64,000 nucleotides of DNA, from NCBI GenBank assembly GCA_002269645.1, contig NIVC01000382.1, forward strand, positions 577,169 to 641,168, written 5' to 3'. The notes beneath the pieces were generated by a model, which saw only the letters and a list, made by a program, of their open reading frames with translations, made no database searches and had not been told where the DNA came from. Both the position numbers and the translations under genes were made by a program. Origin of the DNA: Macrostomum lignano (taxonomy: Eukaryota). Every line of letters begins with the position of its first letter. The stretch's first letter is position 1. Shown here piece by piece: positions 17,001-28,479 of this stretch.

Positions 17001-20000
17001 AGCGATGGTTATCTCCAGGAGCGCGCGAAGCAGGGCCTTTGCAGGTTTGGCCACTTTGCAGAACCAGTTCAGTTTGCCGACTAGATGCTGAAGGCGACGT
17101 TTTTGCAGGCTCTTCGAGTTGGCGCAGTCCTGGAGAAGTTCTCGAAGGCCGTCCATCTTCTCGGCGGGCAGTGACAGCAGGCCAGTCAATGTGTCGATCT
17201 GCACACCCAGGAAAGTGACCGAAGTGGCTGGGCTCTGCGTCTTGGCCCAGTTGATCTCAAAGCCGAGGCGCTGCAGGGTGACCAGCAGAAAATTGTGCAG
17301 CTGCAGGCAGACCTCGTAGTCCCGGGCAGCTATGCAGAAATCGTCGAGGTATGCGATGACGGCGAATTTGGACAGATGCGAGAATTGCCTGTACATGAAG
17401 CGCTTGACAGCTTGCGTTAGGCGGTGGAAAATGTTGACTGATGCCGCCGCACCGAATGGGAGTCGCGTGTCAACCAGATAGGTGGGCTGACCGTCCAGCT
17501 CGTACGTCCACCGGAGCCCCGTCGCCTTATAGCAGTCTGGGTGCACCTGAACACTTCGGTAGGCGTGGCGTAGGTCGACCTTGCTGATGAACCAGCCTGG
17601 TGCCAGCTGCCTGGTGAGATCCTCGACATTGGCAAACTTCATCTTCTGGCGGGGCTTGTACAGATCGTTGAGGCTGTTGCCCTGTGGCGCGGACGCGTCG
17701 TGAATCAGGCGGATGGCGCCGTCTGCCTTCGGGACGGCGCCCAGTGGGCTGATGATGGTCGGCCTGGCGATGCCCAAGTCAGTTGCGCTGATGTACCGGC
17801 CAGCCACGACCTCCTCTTGCCAAAATTACGCCGACTCAGCGGCCGCGACGCGTGACTAAATAGCACAGAGCGGGGGGGGGAGGCTGCCCTAAGCCCTGCA
17901 CGCACGCAGAGCACCAGCACCCCACCAACCCACCAAAGCGAGGCCGGGCCGGCGCGGGGGGGGTTTAAAACCAGTTAGAGTCAGATACCTGCCTCAAACT
18001 GACGTAAATAACAAAGGCTCGAACAAGGGCTTACCGAACGGTATTTATTTCCTCAGAGATGTAGCCTCGCTTAGCTGTTCCAGCTACTACGTTACTACTT
18101 ATAGTAGTTTACTTTGTACCGTATTTGGAGATCTCTACATCAAAGACAGAAGCCATGCAATCAGCTGAGGTTGGATGAGAGTTGACATATTCAGCATTTT
18201 CCAATATTGCTTTTCTTGCATCCTGGCAAATCAAAAGGCTGGCCGCATTAAAAATTCAATATTATGCTCAGTAAGTCATTTGGTCTGCGAGATGGTTTTT
18301 GATGACATCAAACCAATTTTCATCAAAGCTCGTTTCTTGTTGGGTTTGCTCGTCAAAACTCAGAGTTGAAATTATTTTTGAAACAAATATAGTTTTGATG
18401 ATACTCTGGTGGTATGCAGTCAATTAGTACACCGACGAATGCACAGAATAGTACACAGAACTAATCTAGTAAGCACTACACAAAACACTGTACATAGAGT
18501 TCATTTTTAGTACACAAAACACTGTACATAGAGTTCATTTTTAGTACACAAAACACTGTACATAGAGTTCATTTTTAGTACACAAAACACTGTACATAGA
18601 GTTCATTTTTAGTACACAAAACACTGTACATAGAGTTCAGCCAGTAAACCGGATACTGTACCTGAAGTCAGGGTTCAAGTTGCTCAAATCAGTCAAAAAC
18701 TTCAGCTAAAACATACCCCACCCCCACAATTCGCAACCAGGTGTCAGGCCAACACAACCAGACTGGAAATCAAAGTGCGCACAATCGAAGGTCACTACGG
18801 TACTCTCATGGCTTACGTGACGCCCAGACTGCAGCCAAAGGTCTGCCAGTTGCTGGCCTATCACATCAAGCCGCTGTCGCTGCACAGACGAGCCCACGAA
18901 CTTGATGAGAGCCGACCGCTGAATAGTCTGACTCTCACTGGGGCCTTCTCTCTGGCTGAAATTCATCACTGGGTTGCTTTTCTAGTTGGCGAGGTGCCAG
19001 AGAAAGCGCCAGCCGACGAGGCCGGTTGGCTCGTGTTTGAGAACACCTTCTTAGGCACGCAGTTCGAAGCCAGGTACAAGAAAGGCGAAGCAGTGTTCCG
19101 GTCCGACAATTTGTCCACAATCTCCATTATTAAGGAGTGCCTTAGCAAAGAGGCAACAAAGAGAAAAATTGCGCTGCAAATTGGATACGAAGTGAGTTTT
19201 TTGTTAGTGAATTTGTTTATCGTTAAAACATTTTCACTCAATTTTAAGGCGGCATACAAGTGTTGTGCAATCGTGCCCTTTCTCGCCCTCCTGCCCCGCC
19301 CCAACCCTCCAGTCTGCCCCACCCCTCCAATCAATAATCAATGCGTACGCCGATCACGCCACCCCGCCCCACCTCCCCTGCTGTACCGTACATTTGTTCT
19401 TAAGGTATATTCATGTACGCGTAGGACCAATGAAAAATATATAGTCGCTGTCTGGAGGGCAGACTCCTCCCTTGCGCGCGTTGGTCCGCCTCTGTTGGCT
19501 ATTGACTAAAACGACTCATCGATCTACCATAAAAAGTGCACGGCGAACTGCATCGGCTACGGTGTGTAAGTTCGTGTTCGCGATTTACTGTCCTTTTTCT
19601 GCTTCTCCCTAGGGCGCGGGACGGGAGCTCTGACTGGGGACCTGGGGGTCGCAGCTTCCCGACAGGTTAAAGCTGTAGGCGTTGCTCCGGAGGACGGGGC
19701 TCACAACAACTGGTGCCGTGACCAGGATTCCAGTTAGGGTTTCCGTTAGATTTTTGTCTGTTGTCTGGGGTAGTGCATTATTGAATTAGTTTTGCGTTAG
19801 AATTAGTTTTGCGTTAGAATTAGTTTTGCGTTAGAATTAGTTTTGTGCAAGCGATCATGGCCAATTTAGACGATCTTATCGGTGCTTTGACAGTGAGAAT
19901 CCAGGAGCAGTTAAACGTGGGCCAGCGCGTTCCACGTCCTAATAAGTATGTGCCGACTCAAGATTTTGCTTTGTGGTTGCAACAGTTTACCACGTACTGC

Positions 20001-23000
20001 GAGGCTGCTCAGATCCCTGAGGATCAGCGGAAGCAGAATTTGCTGAGTCTGTTGGACTTTGGCACGGCTTTTAAAGCAGTGGCCAATCTCGAGCTGGATG
20101 ATGACTTGGACTACGCAGAGTTTGTGGAGCAGCTGGAGGCTCGCTTCAGTCAGAATCGCACACCCCAGGACTACAAGACAGAATTTCAAAACAGGAGTCA
20201 GAGAGAGGGGGAAGCACTAGAGGATCACGCTGACGCTCTCAGGGAGCTCATGCGTAAGGCATATCCGGCTCTGCCAGTAGAGCAAAGGGATGAGCTAGCA
20301 AAAGACCGATTCTTAAAGGGGATTCGAGTTCCGGACAGGGTGCTTGAGAATGTCTTGCTGCAAGACCCTGACACGCTGCAGGCCGCGATCCAGCGAGTGC
20401 GCCAGACTCTCGCATCGATGAAGCTGCTGGAGGGAAAGCGATCAGTCCACGTGGTGAACAGTCAGGCAGCTGCTGCAGCGGACAGTCAGACAGCTCGCAT
20501 GGCTGAGGAGATCGCCAGCTTGAAGGCAGAGATCGCGCAGCTGAAGCAAGGAGGGGCGTCGGCCTCGGTGGTGCAGCCGAGTCCGCAGCAGCCGGCAGCC
20601 GCGCCTCAGGCGGGCAGAACCTGTGGGAGGTGTCTTCAGATGGGGCACTCGGCGGCGGACTGTAGGAATCGAGTAGTTTGCCTTGCCTGCGGCCAGCAGG
20701 GACACACTCGTGCCAGGTGCCAGAGTCAGCAGGCTGCTCAGAGTCAGGGAAACGGGATGGGGGCCCGGCCAGGCCAGCGTCCCGGGCCCCGTCTGCAATG
20801 ATTGAAGAAGCGCCAGGGCCCACAACCCAGATCCAGAGTGTGCTTGGTGGAACTGGACTGGGTTATATTGACGCAAAGTTTGAATCTGGGCCCTTGGTTG
20901 CTTGTTTGCTGGACAGCGGGTCCACAGTGTCATTACTTAGTAGTCGTTTCTTAGAATCCGCCAAAATTAAGAACAAAATTCAGAATTGTAGTACTGATTT
21001 TTCAATTTACACAGCGAGTGGTGAGCCAATTCAAATTTTAGGCCGAATTAATCCGAAGTTTTCGATTGGTGAGACGAAATTCGAGCACGAATTTTTTGTT
21101 GTCGATGAAATTTCACAGCCATGCATTTTAGGAACCGATTTTTTCATTAGACATTGCATGATAATTGATTTCGCTAGACACTGCCTGCAGACAGAATCGT
21201 GTGTCTTTCCTTTCCGTTTGTGTGCTGACAGACCTCTTGTGTGCCGCATCGTGCTGCGCCAGGCTGTCCGGATGGATGCCGGTGAGGAGAAGCTGGTCCC
21301 AGTCCGCCTTCAGAGACGCGGGGTGAGGGGATTTCAGTTTCCTGGAATGGTGGAGTCCGAGCGTCGGGCAGCAGGTGATCATTTGCTGGCCAGATCGGTG
21401 CAGTTGCCTGATCAAGAGGGTCAGTTGTCTGTCAGGATTCTGAACACGTCGGAGTGCAGTTTGTCGATGAGGCGGGGCACTCGAGTTGGCTGGTTTTCGC
21501 CGGTCTCTGCGCAGCAGCCAGCGGAGCTGCAGCTGAATGCCGTCCAGTCAGAAGGAGAGCTGTGGAGTCCCCTCAGCGAAGTCAAAGAGTGGGGTGCCTG
21601 CGGCCTATCAGACGCAGAGGCAAGAGAGTTTGTTTCCCTGGTTGCCAAAAATCGTGACGTCTTTGCCAAAGACAGCTCTGAACTCGGGCTCACGAATCTG
21701 ATGGCGCACGAAATCGACACGGGTAACGCGAAGCCCGTGACTGAACCCTTGCGCAGAATCCCGCCGCACTGGAGAATTGAGGTTGATAAACAGGTTGATC
21801 AACTGCTGGCTGAAGGCCGCATCTATCCCTGTCAGTCACCCTGGTCGAGCCCAGTGGTTCCGGTTAGAAAGTCGGATGGCAGTCTCAGAATGTGTCTGGA
21901 TTACAGGCGCCTGAACAGCGTGACCGTTCCTGATCCTCTGCCTCCCCCCAGGATGGATGAGACTCTTGATGCGCTCGGGGGAAACTGCATCTTTTCCACG
22001 ATGGACCTGGCATCCGGGTACCATCAGTGCCCACTGGAGTCGAAAGACCAGTTAAAGACCGCTTTCGTGGTGCCGAATCGGGGACAGTTTGCGTGGAAGT
22101 GCATGAGTTTCGGGCTCAAAAACGCCCCGTCAACCTTTACGAGACTCATGTCCATGGCACTGTCAGAAGTCAACTGGAAGGAATGCCTCGTCTACTTCGA
22201 CGACATAGTTGTCTTCTCCACGACTGTGCAGCAGCACTTCGAGCGCCTTGAGCATGTGTTTCAATGTCTCAGAAGAGCTAACATCAAGCTGAAGCCAGCA
22301 AAATGTGTCTTTCTGGCCGAAAAGATTAGCTTCTTAGGTCACGTGATCTCCAAGGATGGAATAGCAACGAACCCAGAAAAGTGTGCCGAAATCCAGGACT
22401 GGCCCAGGCCTTGCAGTGTGGCCAAAGTCCAATCGTTTCTCGGACTGTGCGTCTACTACAAAGCTTTCATTCCAAATTTTTCCGAGATTGCCGCTCCGCT
22501 CTACAGACTTGTAGCGAACGATGCCGAGTTCAAATGGGGCCCAGCCCAAGAGCAGTCGTTCAACAGTCTGAAAGCGGCTCTGTGTTCGCCAAGCGTTATG
22601 GCTTTTCCAGACTTCTCGCCAAACGCTGGTGAGTTTATTCTTGACACGGATGCCAGCTCTCGAATTGGGCTTGGTGCGGTGCTGTCGCAGCGCCAGTCGG
22701 ACGGGTCTGAGAAGGTGATAGCCTATGGATCTCGAATGATCCAGGCAAGCGAGAAAAACTACTGCACCACCCGTCTCGAGCTGTTGGCAATTGTGCACTT
22801 TATCAAAAAGTACCGGTACTATCTACTCGGGAAAAAGTTCACTGTGAGATCTGATCACAAAGCCCTGCAGTGGCTCGCCAGCATCCGTGATGTTGAGGGT
22901 CAATGTGCTCGATGGCTGGAGACACTGCAGAACTATGACTTTGTTATAGAACACCGGGCCGGGAAATATCACGGCAACGCAGACTCTTTGTCTCGGAAAT

Positions 23001-26000
23001 ACCGAAGGCACACAGGGCATGAGACTTGTCCTAGTTGCGCACCGGCTCAGCGCAGCAATGGTGTCAATGCAATATTTCGGGGTGTGCTACAGAAGGAAGA
23101 TATACAGTCAGCTCAAGAAGCAGAGCCAAAGCTGAAGATCATCAATAATTTCTTGACAGATCATGTCGACGCGTCAACTCCACCGCAGGTGATGTGCTGG
23201 GAGGAGAGGTGTCTGTGGTCTCAGCGTCAGCTGATCAGGCTTGATGCGCAGGTTCTGGTTTTTCAAGGTCCTGGGTCTGAGGTTCCGAAAATTATCTTGC
23301 CGCCAAGCTTGTTTCAGAAGGTCTTCAGTGAGTTACATGACGGAGTCGCAGGTGGTCACCTAGGGATCAAAAAGACCCAGGAGAAGGTGAAGGCTAGATT
23401 TTGGTGGCCTGGAATTTCAAGAAAGATCGAGGAGTACTGCAAGAGCTGTGTGCATTGTGCCCGGTCAAAACCAGGCCAGGTAAATCGAGCTCCGCTGCAC
23501 CCGATTGTGTCAGAAGCTCCGTTTCAGCGAATAATGTGCGACATCGTCGGACCATTGCCGCGATCTAGGAATGGGTCCAGATTCATTCTGACCATTCAGG
23601 ACTCGTTCACTGTGGCCAGTTGCCATGGCACTTTCAAATCAGCGTGCGAGCACGGTGGCAAAGGCCATCTTCGACAATTGGATAGCGCAGTTTGGTTGCC
23701 CCGAGTTCCTTGTGACGGACAAAGGCACCAACTTTGAGTCATCGCTGGTAAAGCAGCTGTGTCAGCTGATGGCTGTTAAAAAATGCCGAACAACGGCCTA
23801 TCATCCCATGGCCGATGGCCAGGCAGAAAGCTTTAACAAAACGCTAAAAAATATGATAAAATGCCGGCAGAGTGAGGCTGAGAGTGATTGGGAGGAGCTG
23901 ATCGCTCCATCACTTCTCGCCTACCGCAAACGTTTAACACAAGTAAACGTTTATGATGTCGTCGCCAGAGAATTTCTAAGCTTGAAAAATCTTTTAAGTA
24001 AATAGGCAAGAAAAACGGCTGAGTTGCTTTGGAGCACCATACCGTCTATGGCTGCACTTATGTGTCTATGGCTGCACTTGTGTGTCTATGGCTGCACTTA
24101 TGTGTCTATGGCTGCACTTATGTGTCTATGGCTGCACTTATGTGTCTATGGCTGCACTTATGTGTCTATGGCTGCACTTATGTGTCTATGGCTGCACTTA
24201 TGTGTCTATGGCTGAACTTCATGTGTCTATGGCTGCACTTATGTGTCTATGGCTGAACTTCATGTGTCTATGGCTGCACTTATGTGTCTATGGCTGCACT
24301 TATGTGTCTATGGCTGAACTTCATGTGTCTATGGCTGCACTTATGTGTCTATGGCTGAACTTCATGTGTCTATGGCTGCACTTATGTGTCTATGGCTGAA
24401 CTTCATGTGTCTATGGCTGCGCTTTATGTGTCTATGGCTGCATTTATGTTCTATGGCTGCACTTATGTGTCTATGGCTGCACTTATGTGTCTATGGCTGC
24501 ACTTATGTGTCTATGGCTGCACTTATGTGTCTATGGCTGAACTTCATGTGTCTATGGCTGCACTTATGTTCTATGGCTGCACTTATGTGTCTATGGCTGC
24601 ACTTATGTGTCTATGGCCATGCACTTATGTGTCTATGGCTGCACTTCATGTGTCTATGGCTGCACTTGTGTGTCTATGGCTGCACTTGTGTGTCTATGGC
24701 TGCACTTGTGTGTGTGTCTATGGCTGCACTTATGTGTCTATGGCTGAACTTCATGTGTCTATGGCTGCACTTCATGTGTCTATGGCTGCACTTATGTGTC
24801 TATGGCTGAACTTCATGTGTCTATGGCTGCACTTATGTGTCTATGGCTGCACTTATGCGCCTATGGCTGCACTTTATGTGTCTATGGCTGCACTTATGTG
24901 TCTATGGCTGCACTTATGTGTCTATGGCTGCACTTATGCGCCTATGGCTGCACTTTATGTGTCTATGGCTGCACTTATGTGTCTATGGCTGAACTTGTGT
25001 GTCTATGGCCATGCACTTATGTGTCTATGGCTGCACTTCATGTGTCTATGGCTGCACTTGTGTGTCTATGGCTGCACTTATGTGTCTATGGCTGCACTTG
25101 TGTGTGTGTCTATGGCTGCACTTATGTGTCTATGGCTGAACTTCATGTGTCTATGGCTGCACTTCATGTGTCTATGGCTGCACTTATGTGTCTATGGCTG
25201 AACTTCATGTGTCTATGGCTGCACTTATGTGTCTATGGCTGCACTTATGCGCCTATGGCTGCACTTTATGTGTCTATGGCTGCACTTATGTGTCTATGGC
25301 TGAACTTGTGTGTCTATGGCCATGCACTTATGTGTCTATGGCTGCACTTCATGTGTCTATGGCTGCACTTGTGTGTCTATGGCTGCACTTGTGTGTCTAT
25401 GGCTGCACTTGTGTGTGTGTCTATGGCTGCACTTATGTGTCTATGGCTGAACTTCATGTGTCTATGGCTGCACTTATGTGTCTATGGCTGCACTTATGCG
25501 CCTATGGCTGCACTTTATGTGTCTATGGCTGCACTTATGTGTCTATGGCTGAACTTGTGTGTCTATGGCTGCACTTTATGTGTCTATGGCTGCACTTTAT
25601 GTGTCTATGGCTGCAATTTATGTGTCTATGGCTGCAATTTATGTGTCTATGGCTGCACTTGTGTGTCTATTGCTGCACTTGTGTGTCTATGGCTGCACTT
25701 GTGTGTCTATGGCTGCACTTGTGTGTCTATGGCTGCACTTGTGTGTCTATGGCTGCACTTAGGTGTCTATGGCTGCACCCAGGTGTCTATGGCTGCACCC
25801 GCATGCGTCTATGACTGCACTTGTGTGTCTATGACTGCACTTGTGCGTCTATGACTGCACTTGTGTGTCTATGACTGCACTTGTGTGTCTATGGCTGCAC
25901 TTGTGTGTCTATGACTGCACTTGTGTGTCTATGGCTGCACTTGTGTCTATGGCTGCACTTAGGTGTCTATGGCTGCACCCGCATGCGTCTATGACTGCTA

Positions 26001-28148
26001 GAATGGCCCTAAAAGGGACTTTTTTTATTGCTCTTGAACAAAAAAAGGGTTAATTAAATTGCTCTTCAGTCAGAGATGTGATTCTCAGTAATAAAAAAAC
26101 TGTGCTTTAAGTCACAGAAGGAAATTTTATATCGCTTGAGTTGTTCAGAATCTTGAAAAAGGAGTGAAATTAACTATAATTTTTTTCTTTCGCAGGTAAA
26201 TGACCAGTCAGTCAGTCATACAATTAGATTAATTGCTCCAAAACTTAAGTCGCTTTTACACCTGGCCAAGCGGGTGACCCTAATCGAGCCGCTTCGCGAG
26301 CTCATGCTCAGCGAGCAGTCTGCCGAGTTTCTATCCGAAGAGTTTCAGCAGATCCTCCTGGAGGCCGACGAGCTTCAGAGGCTGTTCAAGAGGCAGCCAG
26401 CTCACCTGGAGAGACTCTACGGTACGTTTCAATGTCTACTCAATCTTATCATGCGTCTACTCAATCTTATCATGCGTCTACTCAATCTTATCATGCGTCT
26501 ACTCAATCTTATCATGCGTCTACTCAATCTTATCATGCCTCTGCTCAATCTTATCATGCGTCTGCTCAATCTTTACGATAACCCAATATTTTTTTCATAC
26601 CTACCTAATCTTTTAATCCTTTTACGCGTCTACTCAATCATCTTTAGTATCTACTCAAACATCTTTAGTATCTACTCAATAATATTTAGTGTCTACTCAA
26701 TCATCACTAGTGTCTACTCAATCATCTTTAGTGTCTACTAAACCATCTTTAGTGTCTACTCAATCATCTTTAGTGTCTACTCAATCATATTTAGAGTCTA
26801 CTTAATCATATTTAGTGTCTACTCAATCATCTTAAGTGTCTACTCAATCATCTTAAGTGTCTACTCAATCATCTTTAGTGTCTACTCAATCATATTTAGT
26901 GTCTACTCAATCATTTCTAGTGTCTACTCAATCATCTCTAGTGTCTACTCAATCATCTCTGGTGTCTACTCAAACATATTTAGTGTCTACTCAATCATAT
27001 TTAGTGTCTACTCAAACATATTTAGTGTCTACTCAATCATCTTTAGTGTCTACTAAATCATCTTTAGTGTCTACTCAATCATCTTAAGTGTCTACTCAAT
27101 CATCTTTAGTGTCTACTTAACATATTTAGTGCCTACTTAGACATCTCTAGTGTCTACTCAAACATATTTAGTGTCTACTCAATCATCACTAGTGTCTACT
27201 CAATCATCTTTAGTGTCTACTAAACCATCTTTAGTGTCTACTCAATCATCTTTAGTGTCTACTCAATCATCTTTAGTGTCTACTTAACATATTTAGTGCC
27301 TACTTAGACATCACTAGTGTCTACTCAATCATATTTAGTGTCTACTCAATCATCTTAAGTGTCTACTCAATCATCTTAAGTGTCTACTCAATCATCTTAA
27401 GTGTCTACTCAATCATATTTAGTGTCTACTCAAACATATTTAGTGTCTACTCAATCATCTCTAGTGTCTACTCAATCATCTCTAGTGTCTACTCAACCAT
27501 CTCTAGTGTCTACTCAATCATCTCTAGTGTCTACTTAACATATTTAGTGCCTACTTAGACATCTCTAGTGTCTACTCAATCATATTTAGTGTCTACTCAA
27601 TCATCTCTAGTGTCTACTCAATCATTATTAGTGTCTACTCAATCATCTTTAGTGTCTACTCAATCATTATTAGTGTCTACTCAATCATCTTTAGTGTCTA
27701 CTCAATCATCTTTAGTGTCTACTCAATCATCTCTAGTGTCTACTCAATCATCTTTAGTTTCTACTCAATCATCTTAAGTGTCTACTCAATCATATTTAGT
27801 GTCTACTCAAACATATCTAGTGTCTACTCAATCATCTCTAGTGTCTACTCAACCATCTCTAGTGTCTACTCAAACATCTCTAGTGTCTACTCAATCATCT
27901 CTAGTGTCTACTCAATCATCTGAGCGGCTATACTAGCGGCAATGCGACTAAACAGTACTCTGATACGCCCATGACATGCACTACTAATTCAGCATCCTAT
28001 CCAATGCACCGCAGGCATGATCACGGATCTCTACATTGACAAGTTCAAATTTCAAGGCCAGAATGTGAAGTCCAGAGTCTCAGCTTTGATGCAATGCCTG
28101 CAGAACTACGATCTTCAGACTCTGTTGGAGTTCTTTGAGGCTGAGTAA
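8011..28148 (+). CDS. BBS7: Bardet-Biedl syndrome 7 protein (BBSome subunit), 12 coding exons, ~714 aa
   Basis: Exons 8011-8049, 8136-8198, 8298-8360, 8509-8684, 8780-8957, 10348-10668, 11175-11259, 13642-13753, 14352-14648, 18741-19191, 26196-26421, 28015-28148. All introns are GT-AG, phases are consistent and the sum is 2145 nt. The translation matches recalled BBS7 throughout: [110 protein letters not shown]. Confidence 0.97.
9085..10195. repeat. 31/32-bp minisatellite (AATAGAAATCATGAGGATTTGATCCCATTCC) in BBS7 intron 5
   Basis: About 35 copies with variant sub-blocks. Confidence 0.95.
11310..11450. repeat. (GACT)n microsatellite
   Basis: Direct inspection; BBS7 intron 7. Confidence 0.95.
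12510..13330. repeat. Degenerate palindromic (MITE-like) region rich in CCATAGA/TCTATGG motifs
   Basis: A perfect inverted 16-mer CATTATTCTATGGCCT (12803-12818) / AGGCCATAGAATAATG (13201-13216), AGCTGTCTAT/ATAGACAGCT, and many CCATAGAC copies. ACCATAGACTATA recurs at ~31980. Ends are not defined. Confidence 0.45.
14705..15200. repeat. 33-bp minisatellite (AAGATCCTTGAATCTGGCTCTCCGCTCTCCACC variants) in BBS7 intron 9
   Basis: About 15 copies. The unit length is a multiple of 3, which explains ORFs on both strands. Confidence 0.95.
15783..18006 (-). mobile_element. DIRS-order (Ngaro/PAT-type) retroelement with split direct repeats A1-[RT/RH]-B1-A2-B2, lacking gag and YR
   Basis: A repeats at 17817-18006 and 15918-16108 (~190 bp, differing only in a G run). 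B repeats at 16108-16192 and 15783-15867 (85 bp, 2 mismatches). B1 abuts A2. An RT/RNase H ORF lies between A1 and B1. No TSD was seen. Confidence 0.88.
16298..17816 (-). pseudogene. DIRS/Ngaro-type reverse transcriptase-RNase H, 5'-truncated, one frameshift near 16590
   Basis: Motifs [48 protein letters not shown], and RNase H ETDAC, HINAKE, YVDS. The last RH motif ([15 protein letters not shown], cf. HIPG..N..AD.LSR) is in the neighbouring frame (ORF 16298-16561). Confidence 0.92.
18470..18640. repeat. 34-bp tandem repeat (TACACAAAACACTGTACATAGAGTTCATTTTTAG), ~4.5 copies
   Basis: Direct inspection. Confidence 0.9.
19261..19708 (+). repeat. 5' LTR of the Gypsy element (~448 bp)
   Basis: Starts TGTTGTG, ends CACAACA (7-bp inverted termini), and is followed 2 nt later by the PBS. 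Confidence 0.85.
19711..19730 (+). other. Primer-binding site complementary to tRNA-His 3' end
   Basis: TGGTGCCGTGACCAGGATTC is the complement of the invertebrate tRNA-His end (recalled ...GAATCCTGGTCACGGCA+CCA). Confidence 0.85.
19857..20801 (+). CDS. gag: Gypsy Gag with two CCHC zinc knuckles
   Basis: Open ORF from ATG 19857. It contains a retrotransposon-gag-like region ([28 protein letters not shown]) and the knuckles [14 protein letters not shown] and [14 protein letters not shown]. Confidence 0.93.
   Translation: MANLDDLIGALTVRIQEQLNVGQRVPRPNKYVPTQDFALWLQQFTTYCEAAQIPEDQRKQNLLSLLDFGTAFKAVANLELDDDLDYAEFVEQLEARFSQNRTPQDYKTEFQNRSQREGEALEDHADALRELMRKAYPALPVEQRDELAKDRFLKGIRVPDRVLENVLLQDPDTLQAAIQRVRQTLASMKLLEGKRSVHVVNSQAAAAADSQTARMAEEIASLKAEIAQLKQGGASASVVQPSPQQPAAAPQAGRTCGRCLQMGHSAADCRNRVVCLACGQQGHTRARCQSQQAAQSQGNGMGARPGQRPGPRLQ
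20678..23927 (+). CDS. pol: Gypsy Pol (protease-RT-RNase H-integrase), frameshifted at ~23612 and truncated in integrase
   Basis: [40 protein letters not shown]...[23 protein letters not shown] and CDIVGP. After DSFT the integrase continues in ORF 23625-24005 ([16 protein letters not shown]) and ends at LLAYR. Confidence 0.95.
24045..25995. repeat. 20-bp satellite (TGTGTCTATGGCTGCACTTA), ~95 copies
   Basis: Direct inspection; the 19-21 bp variants recur in higher-order blocks. Confidence 0.97.
26430..27920. repeat. 21-bp satellite (TAGTGTCTACTCAATCATCTT) filling BBS7 intron 11
   Basis: About 70 copies between donor 26422 and acceptor 28014. Confidence 0.97.
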
Positions 28149-28479
28149 CTCGTTCCTGCCAACCTAATAATTGACTGGAAGGTAGTAAAACACATTCGAT
28201 TGCTACTGTAGGAGGATATCGTCCGTATCTGAGCACTGTTCTGTTTACTCTACAGTCAGAAGATAGTCCTTTTTGCGTCCAAGTTTTTTTTAATTTTTTC
28301 TTTCTTATTTGTTTACTCATGGCGACCGTCTTAATGAAGAATTTTTTAAATTTTCCTCTAACGATTCTTTGTGCACTTTTGCAAATTCCCAACTGTAGAA
28401 TTTCCTTCCCCCTGACTCTCACTAATCCCATATCCTCACGTTCGGCTTTGAAATCCTCAAACTGCGTTACTGCAGCCTC

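Larger units (their letters stand above)
19261..23943 (+). mobile_element. Ty3/Gypsy LTR retrotransposon, 3'-truncated, in BBS7 intron 10 (sense orientation)
   Basis: 5' LTR, PBS, gag, and pol in the order PR-RT-RH-IN. The sequence breaks off in the integrase core at ~23927 and there is no 3' LTR. Confidence 0.95.

Noticed and set aside
16497-17319. Plus-strand ORFs over the DIRS-type RT as a hidden recombinase
   Set aside because: No R-H-R-Y recombinase motifs are recognisable. They are short GC-rich antisense frames.
19911-23020. Antisense and alternate-frame ORFs within the Gypsy element
   Set aside because: They are shadows of GC-rich gag/pol with no independent motifs.
24024-25854. 200-350 aa Cys/Met-rich ORFs
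   Set aside because: They are translations of the 20-bp satellite inside BBS7 intron 10.
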